A stretch of DNA of 64,000 bases from a phage, in the sequence record NC_135729.1, one strand, 5' to 3'. Shown here piece after piece: positions 36,501-44,379 of the stretch (positions within the stretch are counted from its first letter, which is position 1; the number at the start of each line of letters is the position of its first letter). The position numbers and the translations under genes were made by a program. The notes below the pieces were generated by a model that worked only from the letters and a program-made list of their open reading frames with translations, ran no database searches and had not been told where the DNA came from.

Positions 36501-39185
36501 CTGACGCGGAGGGTAACCTGTAGTTTGGTTAAACCACAAATTACAAGAGTAATCCCTCATATAGTCATAATCAGAGTATTTGTTTACATCTTCGTTCCAA
36601 CACATGTTTAGGTTGGTACCGCCCATGCATACAATATATTCTGCGACATACTTATCACTTCTGGCAGGAATACCTATGAACCATCTGTTAACAGGCTCAT
36701 CCCAAGCTGTGCGCTCATCTTTAACGCAGATAGCAATCCAATCATGTGTTCCTGTTTTCTTGCACACATCTCGCTTCATACCATAGTAGAACTCTTTAGT
36801 ATTTGGCTCAGGTGCATTTATCAGGTAACTCCATGCCTGATTTGCATAAGTCCCATTGGTGCGCGGATCATGATCAAAGGCATACATGATGATCCTTTCC
36901 CCACCAAGATGTTCGCCAAGAGTAACTTTGACATTCACATCGCCGTAACCGTTGCGAACAACATCCATATTGTCAATAGAGATGCCTCTAGGAGTGTAGG
37001 CAATTTTCAGTGAGTTATCCTCACTAGTGCCACCAAGAGTGATCCCTATGTTGTTTGTTGTCCCGTCGGCATATCTTACTGTAGCTTCCCAGCGTATTCC
37101 GAAATATCCTACATCATGGCTGACAATTTTCAGTGTACGAGCGCCAGGGTGAGGTTTTCCAGGATCAGGCCAAGGATCTGGATGTTCGTGGACAGTCAAC
37201 GACGTTCCGTTTTGCTCGTTAACCTGCAACATTTTACCACCTCTGCCGTTAGGGTTGAACTCCCATACGGCCTGTGTCTGCACCAAGTTGTTGTAGGTAT
37301 TTCGTCTCTGATCATAAATCTCTTGGGTAACATCATAAGTGACTGATCCAGCATCCATTCTGTGGAGTCGGACCATATACGATGTATCCCCTTCTACTGC
37401 AGGCTGAGTCCCATTCAGTCCGAAGTATACAGTATCGTTAACATGGAACTGTTTGTTTCTACCGACAGTATGCCACTTGCCGTTGGACGGATACGCAGGA
37501 ACTATAGTGTTCCAGTTCAAAGTCCTTGTCGTATAGGTTCTTCCAGTGCCATGCTTGTCATGGTAGGTGATCTTGATAGAATACAAACCACGTCTGTTGA
37601 TGTTACGGTTATACTGGGTGACCACAACTTCGTTAGCACCACCATGGTTCCAGTTAGTGGAGAACTGATAGTTTGCATCTGTAACAACAGTGCCTGCAGC
37701 ATTTACCAACTCAATCTTGTCAATAATGAACGTAGCACCCTCCGGCTGAGGTTTCAATTTCATCTTGACAGTATCTCCGATGTAAATGTTGCTAACATTG
37801 CTCACACCATTGACATCAAAGATGTCTTCGATACCCCAGCTATCTACCGGGACATTTTTATACCAATTCTCCGGAATCTCTGTGAACCCTTGGCTGTTAA
37901 GTCTGCCGCCAAAGAGGTTATTAGATCCTGAAAAACTTCCCCTTGGGATGCCTGACCACCAAAGTTTACCATTAACAACAGTAAAGGTCCCTAAGAAACC
38001 TTCTCTATGGATGCCTTGGAAATAAACACTCTCTGTCCAGCTAACTGGCAGGCGTTGCTCAACATATTTAGCTGTAGCAAGAGCTTGATAGTGGATAAAA
38101 TCGGACCTAGGACTATTGTTTGCAGATTGTGCACCAATATCATTACACAAGTTGCGAGAGAATCCACGATACTGCTTGGTGCCATTATTGAAGAAAATGC
38201 CACTTGTGCCGTACCCACGAGCCATTATTACCTCATGGGTGTAGGTGATATTCAGTTCCCGCCATGTATCATCTCCCCAAATGTTTTGACCATAAAATAC
38301 GTTAACAAGCTGCTGGTCATCGGGTCTATGCATCCTCTGTGTGGCAATTATTGCCCCGTTAGGACCGCACATAAACCCTTTCCACTCCTCATCTGCAGGA
38401 ATGCCCCTCAAATCGTTACGAGTAATCTGCACAGGAGGCCAAACAAGGTCGTTTCTACTGTTATTTCTCAGAAAGTCGTATCCAGCAATCCAGAAACCTC
38501 TAGGACCACCGAAAATAACAGAGTTGTCATGCACCTCGCAGTTGATGCTTGGGTTTTTCCAAGGACCTGTTTCAGGATTTTCCGATGTCTCACCAATCTT
38601 TACAGGGGTTGCATGCTGATTTTTGTCAACATGAAGAGAGCCGTAAGTATTATTGCCAGAGCCGTACAGGTGAAGCATACCATCAGCCTCTGGTGCAGCA
38701 ATTACCCACACTGTATTGTTTACGCCACCCATTACTTCAACAAGTCTCTCAGGATGGGTGTCCAAATGCAACCCTGTTACGATCTGTTCCGGCAAAGGTG
38801 TCCACTCTCTGACACAAACATCGTTTCCACCTGCTGCCTCCGATCCGATAAGACCAGCTGTGCAACCAATATAGAAAAATTTATTATCGAATGTGCGGAT
38901 TACAAATGCACGGTCAGCTCTCCAAACATGGTCTACGTTCCAAGCTGCCTCATTAGGATAGTTTATTGTATCAAGATCTCCAGTCCGACACTCTCCGAAC
39001 CTATTATAGCCAGTAATATTAAGCTGACCATCATCAAAAAGTATAGCTAAGCTATTTACATAGGATACTGTGTTGCTTGTACCATCACTGTTGTCTATTG
39101 GGTATGACAGAACAGCAAGTTCCTTAATTCCACCCCTCTTATCGAGGAAATGACGACCAAGTTTTAGCAAAGGGATTGGAAGCAT
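33558..39185 (-). CDS. giant tail-associated adhesin/fibre-like protein (1875 aa)
   Basis: N-terminal RCC1-like repeat signatures (YGSGNNTYGSLHVD); Big_2-type Ig-like segment (SNVSGIRKTWESSNTNIATVDATTGLVTFKATGNVTIKFVVRDDAG); last gene of the late operon. Confidence 0.5.
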   Translation of the reverse strand: MLPIPLLKLGRHFLDKRGGIKELAVLSYPIDNSDGTSNTVSYVNSLAILFDDGQLNITGYNRFGECRTGDLDTINYPNEAAWNVDHVWRADRAFVIRTFDNKFFYIGCTAGLIGSEAAGGNDVCVREWTPLPEQIVTGLHLDTHPERLVEVMGGVNNTVWVIAAPEADGMLHLYGSGNNTYGSLHVDKNQHATPVKIGETSENPETGPWKNPSINCEVHDNSVIFGGPRGFWIAGYDFLRNNSRNDLVWPPVQITRNDLRGIPADEEWKGFMCGPNGAIIATQRMHRPDDQQLVNVFYGQNIWGDDTWRELNITYTHEVIMARGYGTSGIFFNNGTKQYRGFSRNLCNDIGAQSANNSPRSDFIHYQALATAKYVEQRLPVSWTESVYFQGIHREGFLGTFTVVNGKLWWSGIPRGSFSGSNNLFGGRLNSQGFTEIPENWYKNVPVDSWGIEDIFDVNGVSNVSNIYIGDTVKMKLKPQPEGATFIIDKIELVNAAGTVVTDANYQFSTNWNHGGANEVVVTQYNRNINRRGLYSIKITYHDKHGTGRTYTTRTLNWNTIVPAYPSNGKWHTVGRNKQFHVNDTVYFGLNGTQPAVEGDTSYMVRLHRMDAGSVTYDVTQEIYDQRRNTYNNLVQTQAVWEFNPNGRGGKMLQVNEQNGTSLTVHEHPDPWPDPGKPHPGARTLKIVSHDVGYFGIRWEATVRYADGTTNNIGITLGGTSEDNSLKIAYTPRGISIDNMDVVRNGYGDVNVKVTLGEHLGGERIIMYAFDHDPRTNGTYANQAWSYLINAPEPNTKEFYYGMKRDVCKKTGTHDWIAICVKDERTAWDEPVNRWFIGIPARSDKYVAEYIVCMGGTNLNMCWNEDVNKYSDYDYMRDYSCNLWFNQTTGYPPRQARVNPAIFTDTQVFLTKQANEVQTFKNKYDPNKWFYNCYGAFFWGPGELPGGGSCFEAATYASDRFMGQVKKYKIIPGPETLGNAVDPYIIMSDLRSNMDGTSISMQVPVTNGYKRVVMIIKCDLIGKQVLAENGTSTHLFETALHYQFADSPFAGDKRISDTDAVRCKKFMLGGGWWWYEFDLTDKFTDTSKVVTGLRLDLGENMHKSVCDGTYGDPTVYLKYVSFEHPEDVVYGPKLRLFGNWIAKDREGMGRKVRGFLVDAGTEDMLVNAVWPELPGTQWDNSAKSINWFNIHRAMWATNCYLWKELNDGAFGFTGGRRMAIICWTTLQRCYDHDYEIGGRAWKNIRDRIITNFADPNGGGAYGFDCSRLIHLNGSSAYKKEGYSGSMIEWGLVKDARVLMGQQLAAAIGPNAVQSVKPAWFDIPLWSSGTPGTAAINPTTGDLEISWEDLKQVGGWDKTGYQVQWWRPDGSLAADEFVKDNFYTMSSAKAQQLFGQATPSTITMSMCCKDNRTGALGPRVAKVFSGIKWNLPVQSVSWRQIGDNKLLVTPACQFNATLNVDPAVAANSAKASDFSVSNTAMADVRKIDTLNARITCKNTYGTFQIINNFTDADSKVVRTASQTLSLGTLAYAALITEQSATLQGGGVGKSIATPVWKPNEWVVFDLTVDFSSDNNWTWVRNCLSQLMGGTSSISDSHDSTDPSVFQVGKTHPETGETLPDRKYALVCISYGKADVTFSGTHTYNGTYNFSRKYSLKAGNIIDEVGVLYNPGNGIGIVGGKLQMQEPSITPSNVSGIRKTWESSNTNIATVDATTGLVTFKATGNVTIKFVVRDDAGRKTSSTSFTVRQMAPQWFIWEGNPLDGAYPRPAGTSNMRVFTGPVMNNPTTTTNPTFFGAYIPEIIGLPRNQIQLLFGAGVDGLATFGYSDNIDAARSSGWIGFKFQWNPGGRTLGVASIGVMLPGNQQYHLEAYTNFPS

Positions 39186-39195
39186 TGTGTTCTCC

Positions 39196-39227
39196 AGATA
39201 AGAAAACCGCCCCGTCAGGAGCGGTTA
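39196..39227 (-). terminator. rho-independent terminator or attenuator
   Basis: minus-strand AACCGCTCCTGACGGGGCGGTT hairpin followed by TTCTTATCT. Confidence 0.45.
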
Positions 39228-39235
39228 GATATATA

Positions 39236-40981
39236 TTAACGTTGTGCAATTACTACGTCTACGATATCACCAACACCACAATATGTTAATTGCAGCAAGG
39301 TAACACTATTAGCCTTGTTATTAATAACAGGCGTTGCCGACAGGATAGCATACTTATCGTGCAAAGTCACGTTGTGACCTACAGCATCCTGAATGACATA
39401 GATAACCGCAGTGAATGGATAAGGTTTATCTTCCGCTGATGTACCAGGCCATTGTCCTATTGTAAAATCCCCTTTCGCGTGGACAACATACATACTGGCC
39501 TGCCCGTTAGGTGTCCATGTCCCACTGGACGCGTCAACCTCCTCTAAATCAAAATCTACCTTTCCTGCGTGGAAAGTAGGGGCAGTAATGGTTTTACCCG
39601 CCTCAATTTCTTGAGAGGTGGTTATCTTGCCACTGGAGTTAATGCCATTACAAACAAAGTTGACATTAGAGAAGTCTGGCAGCCACCCAGTCACTGTGCC
39701 GGATATTTCAAGGTTGTGAAGGTAGGTGGTGCCCGTCCCTGCTGCGTTTAAACTAACATCTCCATTTACCTGCAAGTTTCTGGTAACGTTGCAGTTTTCA
39801 GAGTTTGCAGTTGTTGCAGTTAAAGTAGTGGTTGTCAGCTCGGTAATTACACCTTTGTTGGCTGTAAGCCCTTCCCCTTCAAAAGTTGCACGCTCATTGA
39901 CTCTTAGGGTATTCAGAGCTATGTTTTGGATAGAGGCTGTACCTCGAATAACTACAGATCCGCCAACTTCTAAATCACCATTTATTAATGCGTCCCCCGT
40001 GCTTTCAATATAGCTAGGGTAAATCATGGTGCCATCGACAGAGTAGGTTATCCCTGTAACAGTGCCTGTCACCTCAAGGTTCTTAACCCTGGTGGTTCCA
40101 TCTACCTGCAATGTCGGTTCTGTTGCTGCCTTCATGGCATTACCACGAATGTACACGTAGTCAAAAAAGTTATTACCTAGACCATCAAAATGCACATCGT
40201 TATTATTAGCCACTGGTTTCCCAGAAGTTATAGTGTCAGCTATAACCCTGTGGGTGGACACTTCATGAGGTTGCAGCTCTGTGCTTCTCCAGTCTGCATG
40301 CTTAGGATCACTCCACGCAAAAGTAAGTGTAGAAGTATTTGCCGTGAGGATTAGGTTCCTGAAGCGTGCAGTAGAATCTGCTCCATTAACAGGCCCATGT
40401 AAGGTGAGTGTGCCACCAACTATAGTGTTAGCAAGTTCTGTAAGACCTTTTACCACCAAAGACCCTACAGTAACTTTCATTCCCTCCATGGCTTCAAATA
40501 TGCTATCCACATAGTCAACAACAAACTCTGTGTTTGCTATAGACTCGGATTTGTCGTCCATTGGAGGCGTAGGTACTCGCGGGTCACCTTCGAACCTCGG
40601 ACTGTTAAGTTTTGCGTAGTATTTTGCCATTACTGCAGAATCGGTATATAATCTCCAGTTTGGAGATTGTGAAGGATCTGCTGGCATTCTAACCGGGTTA
40701 GATTTTGATGCTGCGGGAGCGTACCACCACTGAGGGCCTGTGTCCCCTTTAAACTCGTACAGCTGGTTAAAAACTGTTGTGGATGCACCATACGCCCAAG
40801 GGATTGGTGGCGTTTTAAAATAAAGGGTGTCAAGCATGGCTTTTCGTACCGTAGGGATGGTGGTCCCATCCTCTACGACAACTTCATCCACAGCGTTACC
40901 GTTGACAATCAGGTGCAAACGTTCAGAATCAACAATTACTTGATCTACCGCCTGCTCAAAGCTTGTCATGTCTTGCGCCAT
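39236..40981 (-). CDS. tail fibre protein
   Basis: 581 aa, Gly/Thr/Asn-rich beta-structure-like repeats (NLEVTGTVTGITYSVDG, NLEISGTVTG). Confidence 0.45.
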   Translation of the reverse strand: MAQDMTSFEQAVDQVIVDSERLHLIVNGNAVDEVVVEDGTTIPTVRKAMLDTLYFKTPPIPWAYGASTTVFNQLYEFKGDTGPQWWYAPAASKSNPVRMPADPSQSPNWRLYTDSAVMAKYYAKLNSPRFEGDPRVPTPPMDDKSESIANTEFVVDYVDSIFEAMEGMKVTVGSLVVKGLTELANTIVGGTLTLHGPVNGADSTARFRNLILTANTSTLTFAWSDPKHADWRSTELQPHEVSTHRVIADTITSGKPVANNNDVHFDGLGNNFFDYVYIRGNAMKAATEPTLQVDGTTRVKNLEVTGTVTGITYSVDGTMIYPSYIESTGDALINGDLEVGGSVVIRGTASIQNIALNTLRVNERATFEGEGLTANKGVITELTTTTLTATTANSENCNVTRNLQVNGDVSLNAAGTGTTYLHNLEISGTVTGWLPDFSNVNFVCNGINSSGKITTSQEIEAGKTITAPTFHAGKVDFDLEEVDASSGTWTPNGQASMYVVHAKGDFTIGQWPGTSAEDKPYPFTAVIYVIQDAVGHNVTLHDKYAILSATPVINNKANSVTLLQLTYCGVGDIVDVVIAQR

Positions 40982-40990
40982 GATTTCTCC

Positions 40991-41257
40991 TTAAGCTTTT
41001 TGCTCTTCGTTTTTAACGTGGTCAGGGTGCTGGCAACCCCACCGGAGCGAGATGAATTTGCTAATAAGCTGGGGGCAAGCTACTGAAGGCGCGTATATCC
41101 ACGCATACCATTCAGGAAGCGTATCATTATACCCCATATGAATAAACACCCCAGTCATCACCGCCATGCCTATGTTCGACCATAGCTTAGATTGGGACAC
41201 TTTCGTAGGGTCATCAGATGCCGCAACCAGTCCCCATAAAAACTGAGTTAGTTTCAT
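40991..41257 (-). CDS. small membrane protein (holin-like candidate)
   Basis: 88 aa with hydrophobic segments (FLWGLVAAS, GMAVMTGVFIHMG). Confidence 0.3.
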   Translation of the reverse strand: MKLTQFLWGLVAASDDPTKVSQSKLWSNIGMAVMTGVFIHMGYNDTLPEWYAWIYAPSVACPQLISKFISLRWGCQHPDHVKNEEQKA

Positions 41258-41268
41258 TTACCCTCTTT

Positions 41269-42315
41269 TTAAGCATAAGATATAGTGATCCATTGACCAT
41301 TTACAAGTTTTTGGATAGCACCTGTCCAGTAATCACCTTGATAAGGGTGTTTATAAGCGTAGTTACCAGAGCACATCACATGTCCAGGGTAGACTCTTGA
41401 CTCTCTATAGGTGGTTTTGAAACGGTTTGCTATCCTTACATCATCAACCCCTCTGCTGGGCATAGGGATAGTAAGGTTACCACTAACGTCTGCGCTGTTA
41501 CCATTTACCCTGCGGACAACGTTTCTTCCACCAACTGTTGCATATTGTCCCCTGACGGTTTCATCGTTACAATCAACTCTTCCACCTATTTGGGCGCTTC
41601 CACAGGATTGTTGTCCATTAACAGTGGCTCTTGGTATCGTGACCGCATTGGCATTTGCAGAGGAACTTTTTGCATCGTTGCATTCAAGATTTCCTTGGAT
41701 AGCCAGTCTTGCACGGTTGGCAGTTATAGCATTGAGCTTCATAGCCGAAAACACAGGATGCCCACCAGAAGGTTGAAATCTCCAACGGAACCCGTCTATT
41801 TGGTGAGAAGGATCATCAAGGTCTGTGCCGTCAGCACCACCGATGTTGTCCATAATCCAGAAGTCCATCGTCGTCTTGTCTGGAGTTATGGTGGTATATA
41901 TTGCCGCATTGTCTGTTGACGCAGATGCAAACTCGATTCTTTGAAGGCCTAAAGTTTGAGTCTGAGTCATTATGTCTCCAGACTTGTCAACATACAGATC
42001 GTCCATTTCTTCAGGCGAGTATACATTGAGAACTTGACGTGCAGCAGCTTTGTCTGGAACGTCTGCTAGATTATTAGTGACCCTTAAGAATCTATTATCC
42101 CATCCTGGGACAACATCTTCTGTTAAATGCTTTAACCACGCAGAAAGCATGTGAAGTTCAAAGTTAACAACTTCACATGCCACTCTTTGTGTCATATCCC
42201 AACCTTTCAATCTCTCTTCTTTTTTTGGTTGAGACTTATTCAACTCTCCCGTATTTTCAAGCACAACATCCTGATTGGCCCAAATATCAAGAGGGATAAC
42301 TGGTTTAGTCATCAC
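41269..42315 (-). CDS. tail fibre protein (paralog A)
   Basis: N-terminus PLDIWANQDVVL; C-terminus GAIQKLVNGQWITISYA; paralogous to 43327-44367. Confidence 0.55.
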   Translation of the reverse strand: MMTKPVIPLDIWANQDVVLENTGELNKSQPKKEERLKGWDMTQRVACEVVNFELHMLSAWLKHLTEDVVPGWDNRFLRVTNNLADVPDKAAARQVLNVYSPEEMDDLYVDKSGDIMTQTQTLGLQRIEFASASTDNAAIYTTITPDKTTMDFWIMDNIGGADGTDLDDPSHQIDGFRWRFQPSGGHPVFSAMKLNAITANRARLAIQGNLECNDAKSSSANANAVTIPRATVNGQQSCGSAQIGGRVDCNDETVRGQYATVGGRNVVRRVNGNSADVSGNLTIPMPSRGVDDVRIANRFKTTYRESRVYPGHVMCSGNYAYKHPYQGDYWTGAIQKLVNGQWITISYA

Positions 42316-42360
42316 GTTCTCCTGAGAAAATTCCTTAGGACTATTTTAACACTTTAGGGA

Positions 42361-42393
42361 ACAAAATGCAAGAACGGAGTCCTTTCCGTTCTG
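42361..42393 (-). terminator. rho-independent terminator
   Basis: hairpin AGAACGGA/TCCGTTCT (42371-42392) followed on the minus strand by ATTTTGTTCCC. Confidence 0.5.
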
Positions 42394-42401
42394 ACCTTTG
42401 T

Positions 42402-42716
42402 TTACCTTTTACTATGCTCTACGAGCATGTGCAAAATCTTTTGTACATCGGCTCTGATGCCGGAGACATCTGTCCTGACATCCTGCTTAAGGTCGTTAAT
42501 ATCGGCCTCTAGCTTGCTTAACCGGGTCTCTATAACGGAATCAAGTTTATCTTTTGTAACCATACTGTTTTTCACTAAGATGAGGTCTTTCTCCAGCTCA
42601 TCCAACCTCTTGGAAATGCCTTTCCATTTGGTGTGCCACTGGTTGAAAGCCCATACACAGATCGGGACAACGGTACCCATGCAGATACCGTACAATGCCG
42701 CCAAATCCAACTCCAC
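42402..42716 (-). CDS. membrane-anchored coiled-coil protein
   Basis: N-terminal TM-like LAALYGICMGTVVPICVWAF followed by a heptad-like charged segment. Confidence 0.35.
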   Translation of the reverse strand: MELDLAALYGICMGTVVPICVWAFNQWHTKWKGISKRLDELEKDLILVKNSMVTKDKLDSVIETRLSKLEADINDLKQDVRTDVSGIRADVQKILHMLVEHSKR

Positions 42717-42727
42717 AACACCTCCTC

Positions 42728-43312
42728 TTAGAGGGTAGGTCGCTCCGGGAAGAAAATGTCAGGGGCTTTAGATGTATCTATTTCAAGAAGTTTTACCCTG
42801 TACATTTTCAAATCTCTGATGTTACGTTTCTGGTCATCAGTAAGATCATATTCAAGGTCAATCATGTCTTGATAGGCACCAATTCTAGCAGTAGCCCAAG
42901 CAAGTTCTGTCTCTATGACACCCTCTGCCTGTTGAACAAAGAATTCATTGTCTGTGACAAATTCATCACCAACTAAACGCAAAGCGTCGTGGTGAAGCAT
43001 AATGTTTTCTGGTACCTCTTCTTTTTTGGCGATAACCACACGAAGACCTGGAGCAGGCCATAAGGCATCAGGTTCTTCTGTAGATGTCTTAAGAATTCCC
43101 TTCTCGTCAACAAGTAGGAAGATACACCCTGGATTTTCTTGTCGTAATGTTCGTGACTGCACATACCAATCACCATCATCATTACGTAAAAAATACCCAG
43201 TGTATGCGGTGTAATCCTCAACCTCTTGAGGGGTCAGCTCCTTGGTTTCCTTGTTGGAGTGGTATTCGCCAGATCCCGGTTGGTAAAGTTTAAACTCTTG
43301 AAGTATTTTCAT
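42728..43312 (-). CDS. tail fibre assembly chaperone (Tfa/Caudo_TAP-like)
   Basis: C-terminal signature MYRVKLLEIDTSKAPDIFFPERP (YR..L..ID.S.AP.I.FP..P). Confidence 0.6.
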   Translation of the reverse strand: MKILQEFKLYQPGSGEYHSNKETKELTPQEVEDYTAYTGYFLRNDDGDWYVQSRTLRQENPGCIFLLVDEKGILKTSTEEPDALWPAPGLRVVIAKKEEVPENIMLHHDALRLVGDEFVTDNEFFVQQAEGVIETELAWATARIGAYQDMIDLEYDLTDDQKRNIRDLKMYRVKLLEIDTSKAPDIFFPERPTL

Positions 43313-43326
43313 GCTAGTCCTCCGAT

Positions 43327-44367
43327 CTATGCATAATTAACAGTGATCCATTGACCGTTTACAAGTTTTTGTAAAGGTCCTGCCCAGTAGGTTGAACCAC
43401 GCATCTCTTTTTTGTCACCGAAATGCCAGCCTGTGACAACGTAGCCGTTGCGAATTGGAGATTCGGAAACGCCGTCAACAAGTCTTGCACCGATTCTGAT
43501 GTCTTGCACACCTGTCTGCGGGATAGTGATTGTTACATCACCGTTACCGTTAGCCGTCACTCCATTCACAGAGCGCACCACATTTCTGTTACCGACAACA
43601 CAGTGCTGACTTCTTACAACCATACTGTCACAACTTGCACCTCCATTAACATACACTGACCCAGTCGTCAACTGACTAGCCACATTACAGTTGGTGAATG
43701 TTGCTGTATTGCTGATAGTAAGGTTATTGCACCTCATGTTATCGACAACTTCAACATTGCCTACCACTTTCAACAGCGCACGATTAGCCGTGATCGCGTT
43801 AAGGTACATCAAAGTGAACTCTGGATTAATATCCGGCTGAGTTGGCTGGAATCTCCAACGAAACGCATCTACTGTAGATGTACCACCATCATCAAACGAC
43901 CCTGTATTATCACTTAACCCAAAGTCGAGAGTTGTCTTATCTGGGCCAATAGTTGTCTCTATCCAAGCCTTATCTGTCTCGGCAGCTTTAAAGTTGATAC
44001 GTTGCAACCCCAAGGGGCCTGTCATTGTATCACCTGTAACTTTTACATACCTGGCGTCTGCCTCTTCCTTAGTGATAATCCCAAGGTTTCTACGGGCAAC
44101 AGGGATGTTCAAAAGATCGCTCAAGTTATTATCACGTACCAGATAACGGCCTTCTTGAGCGGGGATCTGCTCGTCAGCAATGTATTTTGCCCAAGTTCCG
44201 AGCATATTGAAAATATAGTTAAGTTCTTCACATGAGGGCTTTTGACCAAGATCCCAACCTTTTCTCCACAAATCATCAATCGGGCGTAGCCTGTTCTGTC
44301 TGTGGGTGTTAGGCAGAACCTGATCCTCCTCTGCCCAAATCTCTAATGGAAAACTAGGTTTTGACAT
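43327..44367 (-). CDS. tail fibre protein (paralog B)
   Basis: N-terminus PLEIWAEEDQVL; tail-fibre hallmark VKVTGDTMTGPLGL; C-terminus GPLQKLVNGQWITVNYA. Confidence 0.6.
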   Translation of the reverse strand: MSKPSFPLEIWAEEDQVLPNTHRQNRLRPIDDLWRKGWDLGQKPSCEELNYIFNMLGTWAKYIADEQIPAQEGRYLVRDNNLSDLLNIPVARRNLGIITKEEADARYVKVTGDTMTGPLGLQRINFKAAETDKAWIETTIGPDKTTLDFGLSDNTGSFDDGGTSTVDAFRWRFQPTQPDINPEFTLMYLNAITANRALLKVVGNVEVVDNMRCNNLTISNTATFTNCNVASQLTTGSVYVNGGASCDSMVVRSQHCVVGNRNVVRSVNGVTANGNGDVTITIPQTGVQDIRIGARLVDGVSESPIRNGYVVTGWHFGDKKEMRGSTYWAGPLQKLVNGQWITVNYA

Positions 44368-44379
44368 TTTATCTCCTGA

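Noticed and set aside
38007-39050. 347-aa plus-strand ORF inside the giant structural gene
   Set aside because: Antisense shadow of a long minus-strand ORF, with no RBS or promoter context
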